Assembly: GCA_902772845.1 (NCBI GenBank)
Contig: CACYCI010000008.1
Location: 1 to 56,922, forward strand
Direction: 5' to 3'
Length of the DNA stretch: 56,922 nt
DNA from: an uncultured Ruminococcus sp.
Lineage (GTDB): Bacteria > Bacillota > Clostridia > Oscillospirales > CAG-382
Made by a program: the position numbers and the translations under genes. The first letter of the stretch is position 1. Every line of letters begins with the position of its first letter. The notes below the pieces were generated by a model that saw only the letters and a list, made by a program, of their open reading frames with translations, had not been told where the DNA came from and ran no database searches. Below, piece by piece: positions 44,006 through 52,834 of the stretch.

Positions 44006-44833
44006 ATGAAAGCGCTTATTTTCATAAATCCCACCAAGCAGGGCGCGGAAGAATGCCTTGCGGAAGTAAAAAGAATATTCGATTCCCATGCCTGTGAATA
44101 CGGCGTGGCTTACGGCGCCGCCGAAGCTTTTGCGGTGTGTCCCGACGGCTGCGACCTATGCGCCGTGCTCGGCGGCGACGGGACCATGCTTGCGGCTGCC
44201 GGCTGGGCAAGCCGTACCGCGACTCCGCTCATCGGCGTAGACCTGGGGCGGCTCGGATATATGAGCGAGCTCGGGCTGAACGAGCTCGAACTGCTGAACG
44301 GAGCGTTCACCGGCGACGCGTATACCGAATCCCGCATGATGCTCGACGCGGCGGTGTTCGACCGCCGTGAAGAACGCGCGCGCTACACGGTGCTGAACGA
44401 GATCGTCGTCTCACGCGGGGCGGTGACGCGCTTAGTGGATCTGGAACTGTTCTGCAGCGGCGAAAAAGTCGGTTCTTACCGGGCGGACGGGCTCATCGTT
44501 TCAACGCCCACCGGATCCACCGCTTATTCCATGTCGGCAGGCGGGCCTATAATAGATCCGACGCTGGAACTCATGACGGCTTCGGCAGTATGTCCGCACG
44601 GGCTGTCGTTTTCGGGTTCAATGGTGTTTTCACCGGAGTCTGAGCTCGAAATTACCGTGTCTTCCAAATACAACGGCGATATTTTCCTCACTGCCGACGG
44701 GCGCGAAAGCACCGAACTCCGCAGCGAAGACACAGTCCGCGTGTGCCGTTCGCGTTCGGTCACAAAACTGTTACGGTTGAGAAAAAACTCTTTTTATAAA
44801 ATACTTGCAGAAAAATTCAAGGAGAAGAACTAA
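44006..44833 (+). CDS. nadK: NAD+ kinase
   Basis: GGDGTML motif and ...NEIVVSRG...ADGLIVSTPTGSTAYSMSAGGPI. Confidence 0.93.
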   Translation: MKALIFINPTKQGAEECLAEVKRIFDSHACEYGVAYGAAEAFAVCPDGCDLCAVLGGDGTMLAAAGWASRTATPLIGVDLGRLGYMSELGLNELELLNGAFTGDAYTESRMMLDAAVFDRREERARYTVLNEIVVSRGAVTRLVDLELFCSGEKVGSYRADGLIVSTPTGSTAYSMSAGGPIIDPTLELMTASAVCPHGLSFSGSMVFSPESELEITVSSKYNGDIFLTADGRESTELRSEDTVRVCRSRSVTKLLRLRKNSFYKILAEKFKEKN

Positions 44834-45285
44834 TGAAAAGCAAAAGACAGCAAGAGATCCTGCGGCTTATCGCAAAGTACGACATAGATACGCAGGAAGA
44901 ACTCCGCGCCAGACTTGCGGAAAACGGCTTCAACGCCACACAGGCGACGGTATCGCGCGATATGCGCGACCTCAAGATCATTAAGTCTTCGGGCAGCGAC
45001 GGCAAATACAAATACGTCTTCCACGAACCCGCCAACGACGCCAAGCTTCAGACAAGGTACGCAAAAGTCCTGCGCGAAGCCGTAAAGGCCGTCGACGTAG
45101 CTATCCAGCTCGTTGTCGTCAACGTATACATGGGCATGGCGGGCGCAGCCGCCGTGGCGATCGATTCCCTTGCGCTCGAAGGTGTTGTCGGCTCTATCGC
45201 CGGCGAAGACACGCTCATAGTCATAACCAAAGACAACGATTCCGCCGAGCGCGTTTGCGACTTTATAAAAGAAGCCATAAAATGA
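44833..45285 (+). CDS. argR: arginine repressor
   Basis: MKSKRQQEILRLIAKYDIDTQEELRARLAENGFNATQATVSRDMRDLKI winged helix, plus a C-terminal oligomerisation domain with GTIAGEDT-like SIAGEDTLIV. Confidence 0.92.
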   Translation: MKSKRQQEILRLIAKYDIDTQEELRARLAENGFNATQATVSRDMRDLKIIKSSGSDGKYKYVFHEPANDAKLQTRYAKVLREAVKAVDVAIQLVVVNVYMGMAGAAAVAIDSLALEGVVGSIAGEDTLIVITKDNDSAERVCDFIKEAIK

Positions 45286-45293
45286 TCTTTCCC

Positions 45294-45315
45294 CGCGGGC
45301 AAACGGCTGCCCGCG
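45294..45315 (+). other. intergenic stem-loop between argR and recN
   Basis: CGCGGGCA aacggc TGCCCGCG, an 8-bp GC-rich stem with no U-tract. Its function is unknown. Confidence 0.3.
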
Positions 45316-45335
45316 ACCAAAGGCGGTAGCGGATT

Positions 45336-47006
45336 ATGCTTGTATCACTGTACGCTGAAAACATTGCGCTCATCAAAGAACTGAATATCGATATCGGCAG
45401 GGGATTCACGGTCCTCACGGGCGAAACGGGCGGCGGCAAATCCATAATAGTGGATAGCATGGCGCTCCTTTGCGGCGCGCGCGGCGACAAGACGCTGATC
45501 CGCACCGGCGAAGATCAGGCGAGCGTGGAAGGGGTCTTTGACGTTTCCGGCAAAGACGACCCCGATCTTGCGGAATTCGCCGGAGAAGACGGCCTTGTGA
45601 GTATTTACCGCCGGATCACTTCGGACGGGCGCAGCGTATGCCGCATAAACGGAAGGACCGTCCCCGTCAACCGCCTTAAAGAGATCGCTTCTAAACTGCT
45701 CAACATACACGGCCAGCAGGATACCCAGTCGCTTTCCGATCCGCAGACACATATTGCTCTGCTGGATATCTACGCCGGCGACGGCGCGGCACTCGGGGCA
45801 TACCGCGAACAGTATGCGGTCTATACCTCCGCGCTTGCCGAAACGGAACGGCTTCAGAAACTCGCGGACGAAAAAATGCTTCGCCTGGACGTGCTGTCGT
45901 TTCAGATAAACGAACTCGAAAACGCATCAGTCCGCGCCGGCGAGGAGTCCGAACTCGAAAACGAACGCTCTGTGCTCGTCAATTATGAAAAGATCTACGA
46001 TAACGTGCGGCTCGCGCTGGAAGAACTGCGCGGCAGGGATTCCGCACTCGGCAAGATCAATAAAGCGAACGATTCGCTGCGCCGTATAGAAGGCGTGCTC
46101 GCCGGCAGTGACGATTACATAAAACGGCTCGAATCGTGCGTTTACGAAATAGAAGATATAGCCGGTTCGCTCAAGGACGGTATCGACCTCGAATGCGAAT
46201 CGCCCGAAAAGCGCATAGACGAGATCGAAGAGCGCCTTTCGGTCATCTCGCGCCTCAAGCGCAAGTACCGCACCGACGACGCCGGGCTTGCCGAACAGCT
46301 TACAAAACTGAAACAAGAAAAGCGCGAACTTGATCTCAGCGACGAATATCTGGCCGATAAACGCGCCGAGCTTGCCGGCGCCGAAAAAGAGCTCGCCGCA
46401 CGCGCTTCCGTGCTGCGCGCAAAGCGCCGCGCAGCGGCTGCAAAGCTGGAAAAAGAAATAGAAACATGCCTCGCCTCGCTGGATATGCCCGCAGTCACGT
46501 TCGTGACCGATTTCAAGGATATAGCGTATTGCGAGGACGGCGCCGACGGCGTGGAGTTTTTGATCTCCGCCAACAAGGGCGAACTTCCGCGCCCGATAGC
46601 GCGTATCGCTTCGGGAGGCGAGCTTTCCAGAATAATGCTCGCCATAAAGTCCGCGTTCGTCGAAACGGACGGCGTAGGAACAGTGGTGTTCGACGAGATA
46701 GACGTCGGCATATCCGGCAAGACCAGCGAAATGCTGGGCAAAAAGCTCAGACAGCTCGCCGAAAAAGGCATACAGATACTGTGCATAACCCATTCCGCGC
46801 AGATCGCCGGTCAGGCGGATACTCACTGGCGTGTTTCAAAGATGGTGAAAGGCGAGCGCACCTACACCCACGTCAAGGTGCTTACGGAAGAAGAGCGCGT
46901 GGAAGAGCTTGCGCGCATTATGGGCGGCATAAACGTGACCGAAGCGGTACGCCGCGCCGCGCGCGAAGCGCTCGCAAACGGTCAAAAGCCGACGCCCCGC
47001 GCCTGA
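45336..47006 (+). CDS. recN: DNA repair protein RecN
   Basis: SMC-like. It has the N-terminal Walker A LTGETGGGKS, a long coiled coil, and the C-terminal signature and Walker B (ASGGELSRIMLAIK, VVFDEIDVGISG). Confidence 0.95.
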   Translation: MLVSLYAENIALIKELNIDIGRGFTVLTGETGGGKSIIVDSMALLCGARGDKTLIRTGEDQASVEGVFDVSGKDDPDLAEFAGEDGLVSIYRRITSDGRSVCRINGRTVPVNRLKEIASKLLNIHGQQDTQSLSDPQTHIALLDIYAGDGAALGAYREQYAVYTSALAETERLQKLADEKMLRLDVLSFQINELENASVRAGEESELENERSVLVNYEKIYDNVRLALEELRGRDSALGKINKANDSLRRIEGVLAGSDDYIKRLESCVYEIEDIAGSLKDGIDLECESPEKRIDEIEERLSVISRLKRKYRTDDAGLAEQLTKLKQEKRELDLSDEYLADKRAELAGAEKELAARASVLRAKRRAAAAKLEKEIETCLASLDMPAVTFVTDFKDIAYCEDGADGVEFLISANKGELPRPIARIASGGELSRIMLAIKSAFVETDGVGTVVFDEIDVGISGKTSEMLGKKLRQLAEKGIQILCITHSAQIAGQADTHWRVSKMVKGERTYTHVKVLTEEERVEELARIMGGINVTEAVRRAAREALANGQKPTPRA

Positions 47007-47023
47007 CGTCGACATCGTTTTCT

Positions 47024-47052
47024 GTTGACACAGCCGGAAAGGCGTGTTATAA
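47024..47052 (+). promoter_or_regulatory. sigma-A type promoter of the GH73 hydrolase gene
   Basis: TTGACA, 17 nt, TATAAT, a perfect consensus. Confidence 0.6.
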
Positions 47053-47130
47053 TCATAGTATATAATAATCAATTTCAGCAACGTAACGGCAGTCTTTAAA
47101 ACCCCCGTGACCTGTTCAAGAGGTAAAAAA

Positions 47131-48990
47131 ATGCGTTATTTCAAAATTTTCGCCGCTGTGCTTCTGGTGTTTGCTATCCTTATACCACTGGCAGCGGTAC
47201 GCTCCGACGCCGCTTCATCAAGCGAGCGTGCGTACTTTTTAGAAACCATAGGCCCAATGGCTACGCAGAACATGCGCGACACAGGCATACTCGCATCGCT
47301 GACTATCGCGCAGGGGATCTACGAAAGCGGCTGGGGAACTTCGTTCATGGCGAAGAACCTTAACAACCTGTTCGGCATAAAGGCGTACGCGCCGGCGTGG
47401 ACGGGAAGAGTATACAACCGCAAGACCGGCAAGATCTACACCGATTTCGACGACGCCAAGAAAAAGATGGGCGACCTTTACAGCACTTACATAAGCCATT
47501 TTTTCCGCGTTTACGACAGTTGGGAAGAAAGTGTTATGGATCACAGCCGCCTCTTTACCACGATGAGCCGGTACGAAAACCTCGTCGGGCTCACCGATTA
47601 CGAACTCGCCTGCCACTATGTAATGCAGGACGGCTACTGCGACACGCCGGGCTACGACGAAGAGCTCATCAGCATAATCAAAACGTATAAACTTTACAAG
47701 TACGATATTTACGACGGCATCCATTCGGTAGACATGAACGTCGATAAGCTTACGGTCGTCACCGGCGAGACGGTGCGCGTATACCCCTCCTTTGTCGTTG
47801 ACGAAGGCGTAAGCGTGTATCCGCAGTATAGCTCAAGCGACACGTCCGTGGCGACTGTCGACGAAAACGGCGTTATCACCGGCGTCAAACAGGGACCCGC
47901 GGTTATCACTGTTTCCACCACCAACGGAAAAAGCGATAAATGTATCGTCTACGTTCACGATCGGAACGTCGTCCTGCGTGAAGGCGTCATAACCGGTACG
48001 GTCAACTGCCGCACCGAACCTTACGATACCGGCGGAAGCGCCACGGTCATCGGAAGCTTCCCCAAGGGCAATCATGTCGTCGTCTTCGGCGACGCCGCAC
48101 GCACCAAATGGTACCTGCTCGCCGGCAACGGCAGCAAAGGCGAACTGCTTTTCGGCTATTCACACGCGACTTATTTCACCATAGGCGACGAATTCGTCGG
48201 CGATACTCCCACGGAAGAGCCGTCTTCGCAGGAGGAAAGCTCCGAAGAGCCGTCTGAAGAGCCGTCCGAAGAACCGTCTGAGGAATCTTCGGAGGAACCG
48301 TCCGAAGAGCCGTCCGAGGAAAGCTCCGAGGACGTGTCCGGCGAAGATCCCGGGCTCTATATAGGCAGCGTGTCGGGCGATCTTAACTGCCGCAAAGGTC
48401 CGTCGCTCGACCAGAGCTCTTACGGCGTGTTTTCCAAAGGGTCAAACGTACTCGTCATCGGCGAGGAGGTAAATACCCGCTGGTATCTGTGCGCGGGCAT
48501 GAGCAAGGGCGACAAATTCATGGAAGGTTATTCCGGCTATAAAACCAGCGACGGCAGCGTCACTTATATAACGATCATCGGCAATTTCACCGATACGGTC
48601 GGCGCGCCGCTCAGTATAGTCGGCGGCAACGTTTTCGGTATTGCCGAAAACACGTCTGTCTCCGCGCTTTCACAGCGTATGAAATACGCTTCCGTCACGG
48701 TCCTTTCGCCTTCCGGCGCGGTACTCGGCGCAACCGATACCGTGACCACGGGCTGTACCGTCCGCTTTGAATGGTGCGGCAAGACCTATTTGAGTAAAAC
48801 GGCGGTCATCAAAGGCGATATTAACGGCGACGGCAAGGTCGACATGACAGATTGCACCGCGCTCAAAAATCATGTGCTCGGTTCCGCAAAGCTCACCGGC
48901 GTTTCCGCCGAAGCGGCAAAATTCACCGGCGGCAAAGATATTTCCATAGACGATTATACCGCGCTCCGTTTGTACGTGGCGGGCAAATGA
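47131..48990 (+). CDS. secreted peptidoglycan N-acetylglucosaminidase (GH73) with Big_2, SH3-like, acidic-repeat and C-terminal dockerin modules
   Basis: I prefer the ATG at 47131 (signal peptide MRYFKIFAAVLLVFAILIPLAAVRSDA). It has the GH73 motif LTIAQGIYESGWGTSFMAKNLNNLFGIKAY, the Big_2-like VATVDENGVITGVKQGPAVITVST, two SH3b-like segments, and the dockerin loop GDINGDGKVDMTDCTALKNHVLG. Confidence 0.88.
   Translation: MRYFKIFAAVLLVFAILIPLAAVRSDAASSSERAYFLETIGPMATQNMRDTGILASLTIAQGIYESGWGTSFMAKNLNNLFGIKAYAPAWTGRVYNRKTGKIYTDFDDAKKKMGDLYSTYISHFFRVYDSWEESVMDHSRLFTTMSRYENLVGLTDYELACHYVMQDGYCDTPGYDEELISIIKTYKLYKYDIYDGIHSVDMNVDKLTVVTGETVRVYPSFVVDEGVSVYPQYSSSDTSVATVDENGVITGVKQGPAVITVSTTNGKSDKCIVYVHDRNVVLREGVITGTVNCRTEPYDTGGSATVIGSFPKGNHVVVFGDAARTKWYLLAGNGSKGELLFGYSHATYFTIGDEFVGDTPTEEPSSQEESSEEPSEEPSEEPSEESSEEPSEEPSEESSEDVSGEDPGLYIGSVSGDLNCRKGPSLDQSSYGVFSKGSNVLVIGEEVNTRWYLCAGMSKGDKFMEGYSGYKTSDGSVTYITIIGNFTDTVGAPLSIVGGNVFGIAENTSVSALSQRMKYASVTVLSPSGAVLGATDTVTTGCTVRFEWCGKTYLSKTAVIKGDINGDGKVDMTDCTALKNHVLGSAKLTGVSAEAAKFTGGKDISIDDYTALRLYVAGK
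48214..48333 (+). repeat. in-frame 12-nt tandem repeat encoding an (EEPS/EESS)n acidic linker
   Basis: GAAGAGCCGTCN-type units repeated about 10 times, translating to EEPSSQEESSEEPSEEPSEEPSEESSEEPSEEPSEESSED. Confidence 0.9.
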
Positions 48991-49031
48991 CAACTGCCGC
49001 GAACGGCAAAGCTTAAAACGATCATAAACAA

Positions 49032-49068
49032 AAGGGCAAGATCTTTACGGATCTTGCCCTTGCTTTTT
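49032..49068. terminator. bidirectional stem-loop between convergent genes
   Basis: AAGGGCAAGATC tttacg GATCTTGCCCTT, a 12-bp perfect stem, followed by GCTTTTT and preceded by an A-rich run. Confidence 0.75.
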
Positions 49069-49096
49069 CATTTTTACCCCGTTTAAGCAGATGGGA

Positions 49097-50395
49097 TCAC
49101 TTGCCCGAAACGGTAACGTTGTCGAACGCGGCGTAGGGAAGTACGCTGTAACCGTCGGCGACAGTCTCTTTGGAAATGGCGCGCAGGTTGTTGAGCAGTT
49201 CGGCAAGGTTGCCGCTGATCATCGTTTCGCTCACGGCGTATTTGATCTCGCCGTTTTCCACATAAAAGCTGTTCTTTGCGACCGAAGAGAATTCGCCGTT
49301 GGCGGAGGGCTCGCCGCCCGAGATCCTGCCCACGATGATCCCGCGGGTCATGCCTTTTATGATATCGGCGAGCGGTTCGGTGCCGGGCTTGACTATGAGG
49401 TTCATTGCGGAATTCGCCGAACGTTCTTTGCCGATCTTGTTCGCCACGTACTGCGAAAGCACGAACGAATTCAGCACGCCGTCTTTTATAACATCGTAGT
49501 TTTCGCTGAGATACCCTTCTGACGTGTAACGTTCGCCGCAGACGATGCGTTCGTCGAGCGGGGCGGAAGATACGGTCAGACGTGCGTCGGCGACCTTTTC
49601 ACCCAGCTTGTCTTTCCACAAGGCGGTGCCGTCGAGCAAAGTCATGTCGGCGGCAAAGTTACCTATGGCGGTGTTGAGCATCTCGCCTAACGTTCCGGGG
49701 GTGAACAGCACCGTGCCGAGGAATTTGCCTTCAATCGGTTTTGTGTGTATCTGATTTTCCACGTCGGAAAGGTCTTTTTCTATAGAGCCGAGCTCTATGA
49801 ACGGCCTGTCGAGCGAATCGGTAATGACGCCGGAGCCGAAGAACGACGAAGTTGCGTCGCCGTCGTGAGCAGAAAACATAAGTTCAACGGCATATTCGCC
49901 GCCCAGCGTGGTATATTCTACTCCGTTGCTGTTGGCGTAGACCGAATCGTAGCGGATGTGCTTGATTATCATTTGCTCGACCATTATTTTGGGATGGCGC
50001 TCTTTTACCGCGGAAAGCAGCTCTTCGGTGCGGTCGAACAGCAGGGCGGTGTCCATATCGGGCGCGCCTTCGGTAAAATGACCGTTTTTGCTGACAGGCG
50101 CGATATCCCAGGCGGGATCAGGCTGTGCGGAAGAAGCGGAAGCCACGCAGCTTGCGACGGCGGCTTCTATGGCGGCGTCGTCGTGCTTGTTGGTGCTTAT
50201 GCTGCCTTTTTTACCGTGATCGTAAACGGTGAGTGATAATTTTCTGTCGAAAAGCGTTCTGAACAGCGAAAACTCGCCGCCGTCAACGTTGAATTCATGC
50301 GTCACGCTCGAAGACAAAGAGCAATACGATTTGTCAACGCCCTTTGCGCTTGCCGAAGCAAGGCATTTTTTTGCCTTTTGTAAAAGTTCGTTCAT
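49097..50395 (-). CDS. pmbA: PmbA/TldE-family metalloprotease-associated protein
   Basis: TldD/PmbA fold, about 432 aa, lacking the HExxxH motif. It lies directly downstream of tldD. ATG at 50395 is 9 nt after AGGAGG. Confidence 0.85.
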   Translation of the reverse strand: MNELLQKAKKCLASASAKGVDKSYCSLSSSVTHEFNVDGGEFSLFRTLFDRKLSLTVYDHGKKGSISTNKHDDAAIEAAVASCVASASSAQPDPAWDIAPVSKNGHFTEGAPDMDTALLFDRTEELLSAVKERHPKIMVEQMIIKHIRYDSVYANSNGVEYTTLGGEYAVELMFSAHDGDATSSFFGSGVITDSLDRPFIELGSIEKDLSDVENQIHTKPIEGKFLGTVLFTPGTLGEMLNTAIGNFAADMTLLDGTALWKDKLGEKVADARLTVSSAPLDERIVCGERYTSEGYLSENYDVIKDGVLNSFVLSQYVANKIGKERSANSAMNLIVKPGTEPLADIIKGMTRGIIVGRISGGEPSANGEFSSVAKNSFYVENGEIKYAVSETMISGNLAELLNNLRAISKETVADGYSVLPYAAFDNVTVSGK

Positions 50396-50397
50396 CG

Positions 50398-51783
50398 TCA
50401 TCTGCCTCCTATCATGATCTTGCATTTGAGCTGAGGACCGCCCATGCCTACCGGCATCGGCTGCTTTTTACCGCAGAAGCCCGAACTCGTCCATTCGACT
50501 TTGTCGGATATCATGTCTACGGTCTTCAGCATATCGAACGCCACGCCCGAAACGGTGGTGTCGAGTATGGCTCTGCCAAGTTTGCCGTTCTTTATTTCGT
50601 AGCCCTCGGTCACGCCGAACATGAATTCACCTGTGGTGTCCGCCTGGCCGTTGTTGGTATTAACAAGGTAGTAGCCGTTTTCTATGGAAGCGATCATATC
50701 CTCTAACTTGTCCTTGCCGGGATGGACCGCGGTGTTGCGCATGCGGATGAGCGGTTCGTCCGAAAAAGCAAAAGCCCTTGCGTTGCCTTGCGGCTGCATA
50801 CCGAACCTTTCCGCGGTTTCGCGGCTGTTCATATACCCCACAAGTACGCCGTCTTTTATAAGCGGCGCGTCGGATGCGGGCGTGCCCTCGTCGTCGACAT
50901 AGACGGGGAGCGGTGCGGTCTCGCCAAACGCCGTGTGCGCAAAGTCGGTGAGCGAAACGATCGGCGACGCGACCTGCTTGCCGAGATTGGGACCTGCGAC
51001 CGAGCCGCCCAGGACCAGATCTGCTTCAACTGTGTGACCGACCGCTTCGTGCGCGATCATGCCGGCGAGCTCGCTGCCGAGTATGACGTCCTTTACGCCC
51101 GCGTCTGCGTAAACGCCTTCGCGCTTTTTCATAAGCGAGCAATACAGCTCGTCCACGTTGGCATAAAGCTTGGCGGGATCGTCAAAGTTCATATCGAAAG
51201 AGCCCTTGCCGCCGTAAGCTTTGAAAAGCTCTACCGGCACGCCGGAAGGAGTGAGGGCGCTGAGTATAACGTAGATATAGCTGCGGGGCGCGGCAAAATG
51301 AGTATCCATACCGTCAGAGGTGACAAGCAGTTTTTCCATGCTGTCTTCGGATATCACGAGCGTGCGGCTCGCAAGATCGGGATATTTGCCGGTGATATAG
51401 TCGTCGAGCTGTTTTACGAATTCAATATAAGTTTTGGAATCGACTTCGTTGATGTTCGCGTCTGTAAAGCGCGAAGCGTACGGAATGGCAGGGAAAGCCG
51501 GTCTGTTCTTTTTCACGCGCGAATCCATGAACGCGGCGTTTTCGCCGGCGGCGCGTATGACGTTCTTTACGTTTTCGTCGTCGTATTCGGCGGCGGAAGA
51601 AAAGCCGTAAACGCCGTTTTTATAGACTCTGCAGCAAACGCCCGAAGTGTCCTGACGGACGTTGCCCGTCAGGTTGCCCGAAACCAGACTCACGCTGCGG
51701 CGTCTGCTGCACTGCGCACGCAGTTCGGTATGAAGCCCGGGCAGAAAATCCCGCTTGTGGCTGCTCAAAAGATCGTTTAGCAT
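50398..51783 (-). CDS. tldD: TldD-family metalloprotease
   Basis: 461 aa. GMIAHEAVGHTVEADL contains the HExxxH zinc motif, and the C-terminus has the GxC motif (SSGFCGK). Confidence 0.88.
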   Translation of the reverse strand: MLNDLLSSHKRDFLPGLHTELRAQCSRRRSVSLVSGNLTGNVRQDTSGVCCRVYKNGVYGFSSAAEYDDENVKNVIRAAGENAAFMDSRVKKNRPAFPAIPYASRFTDANINEVDSKTYIEFVKQLDDYITGKYPDLASRTLVISEDSMEKLLVTSDGMDTHFAAPRSYIYVILSALTPSGVPVELFKAYGGKGSFDMNFDDPAKLYANVDELYCSLMKKREGVYADAGVKDVILGSELAGMIAHEAVGHTVEADLVLGGSVAGPNLGKQVASPIVSLTDFAHTAFGETAPLPVYVDDEGTPASDAPLIKDGVLVGYMNSRETAERFGMQPQGNARAFAFSDEPLIRMRNTAVHPGKDKLEDMIASIENGYYLVNTNNGQADTTGEFMFGVTEGYEIKNGKLGRAILDTTVSGVAFDMLKTVDMISDKVEWTSSGFCGKKQPMPVGMGGPQLKCKIMIGGR

Positions 51784-51835
51784 TGTTTGCCTCCTTTTTC
51801 ACGGCGTTATACCGCCGCGTTGCATTTACTTTTTT

Positions 51836-51865
51836 ATTATACCCCCGCGCACCGTTCCGTGTCAA
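51836..51865 (-). promoter_or_regulatory. sigma-A type promoter of tldD-pmbA
   Basis: Minus strand reads TTGACA, 18 nt, TATAAT. Confidence 0.55.
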
Positions 51866-51927
51866 TAGAAAAAGTGTGCGCTGGCGAAATGTTTTGCACG
51901 GAATTCCGTATATTTATTAAAAAGTGG

Positions 51928-51956
51928 TTGCATAAATTGCAAAACGGTGGTATAAT
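51928..51956 (+). promoter_or_regulatory. sigma-A type promoter of CDS 51988-52662
   Basis: TTGCAT, 17 nt, TATAAT, with a TGn extended -10. The -10 covers the ATG at 51955, so that ATG cannot be the start if this promoter is used. Confidence 0.5.
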
Positions 51957-51987
51957 GAATGTATCAAAAACCGAAAGCTGGAACAAT

Positions 51988-52662
51988 ATGGATTTCAAAA
52001 GCAACAACCGCTATTTTCACCGCAGCTATAAAATGCTCTACGCCGGGCTTCCGCTCGCGATCATAGGCGGCGTGGTCGTTTTCGGCAAATTTTTCCGCTG
52101 GTATATCCACGTTCAGAACGCTTTCACCGTGATGTTTGCGGTGGGCATAATGCTCGTGCTGTTCTTTCTGGTATCTTTCCCGCGGGACGGCGAGTTCGAC
52201 CGCGGCATAAAGAACAAGATCCGCGATATCCGCGCCACGGCGGAACAGAAGATAACCGCTTTGGAACATACGCCGCATTTCGGCGATAATTATCTTGCCG
52301 AAGGGTTCGCATACGGCGAAGGCACCTGCGAACTGAAACGCGGCTCCGACGGCATATTCCGCACGGATATCTATTCGGCGGCGCAGCTTATCATTACAGT
52401 CAAACGCCTTTACGTTTATTCCATGCGTTTTTCCACCGTAAAAGATGAGACCGAGACCGATTTCGCGGCGATCGAATTCGACAGTATACAGGACGTTTCG
52501 ATCAAAGAAGAGCTTATAGAGGTGACTTACGGGAAAAAGCATGGCGCCGTCAGATGCGCGTTCTTCTGCATAAAGACGGATGAAAAGGAGTATTCCTTCA
52601 TAACCCATGCGGATTCGCTTGCGGACACCATGGCGAAAAAAATACTGTTGAGAAAGAGCTGA
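51988..52662 (+). CDS. two-TM membrane protein of unknown function with a cytoplasmic beta-rich C-terminal domain
   Basis: This frame is open from 51787. I chose the first in-frame ATG downstream of the predicted promoter, at 51988 (MDFKSNNRYFHRSYKMLYAGLPLAIIGGVVVFGKFF...). The alternative start is 51955. The RBS is weak. Confidence 0.6.
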   Translation: MDFKSNNRYFHRSYKMLYAGLPLAIIGGVVVFGKFFRWYIHVQNAFTVMFAVGIMLVLFFLVSFPRDGEFDRGIKNKIRDIRATAEQKITALEHTPHFGDNYLAEGFAYGEGTCELKRGSDGIFRTDIYSAAQLIITVKRLYVYSMRFSTVKDETETDFAAIEFDSIQDVSIKEELIEVTYGKKHGAVRCAFFCIKTDEKEYSFITHADSLADTMAKKILLRKS

Positions 52663-52676
52663 AATAAGAATATAAG

Positions 52677-52716
52677 ACCGGCGTGACCGTTGCGGCCGCG
52701 CCGGTTTTGTTTTTTG
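52677..52716 (+). terminator. Rho-independent terminator after CDS 51988-52662
   Basis: ACCGGCG...CGCCGGT, a GC-rich extended stem, followed by TTTTGTTTTTT. Confidence 0.75.
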
Positions 52717-52773
52717 GCTTTGCGCTGCGGGACCGTGTTTGCCGTTTTCAGGCGCCCGGCCCACGGCCTGCGG

Positions 52774-52813
52774 CCAAAGCAAAAGGGACGGCTTCTTTAG
52801 AAAGCGTCCCTTT
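52774..52813 (-). terminator. stem-loop terminator after the CNNM gene pair
   Basis: Minus strand reads AAAGGGACG...CGTCCCTTT, a 9-bp stem, followed by TGCTTTGG. Confidence 0.5.
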
Positions 52814-52834
52814 GATATGCTTTTTGTTTTCGGG

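Noticed and set aside
45286-45335. A search for a LexA/Cheo box (GAAC-N4-GTTC) upstream of recN, and likewise upstream of uvrC.
   Set aside because: No such motif is present. Only a GC-rich hairpin (45294-45315) lies between argR and recN, so SOS regulation cannot be claimed from the sequence.
48214-48333. Short tandem repeats that could be mistaken for a CRISPR-like or VNTR element.
   Set aside because: The 12-nt units are contiguous, with no spacers, and in frame. They encode an EEPS/EESS acidic linker inside the GH73 gene.
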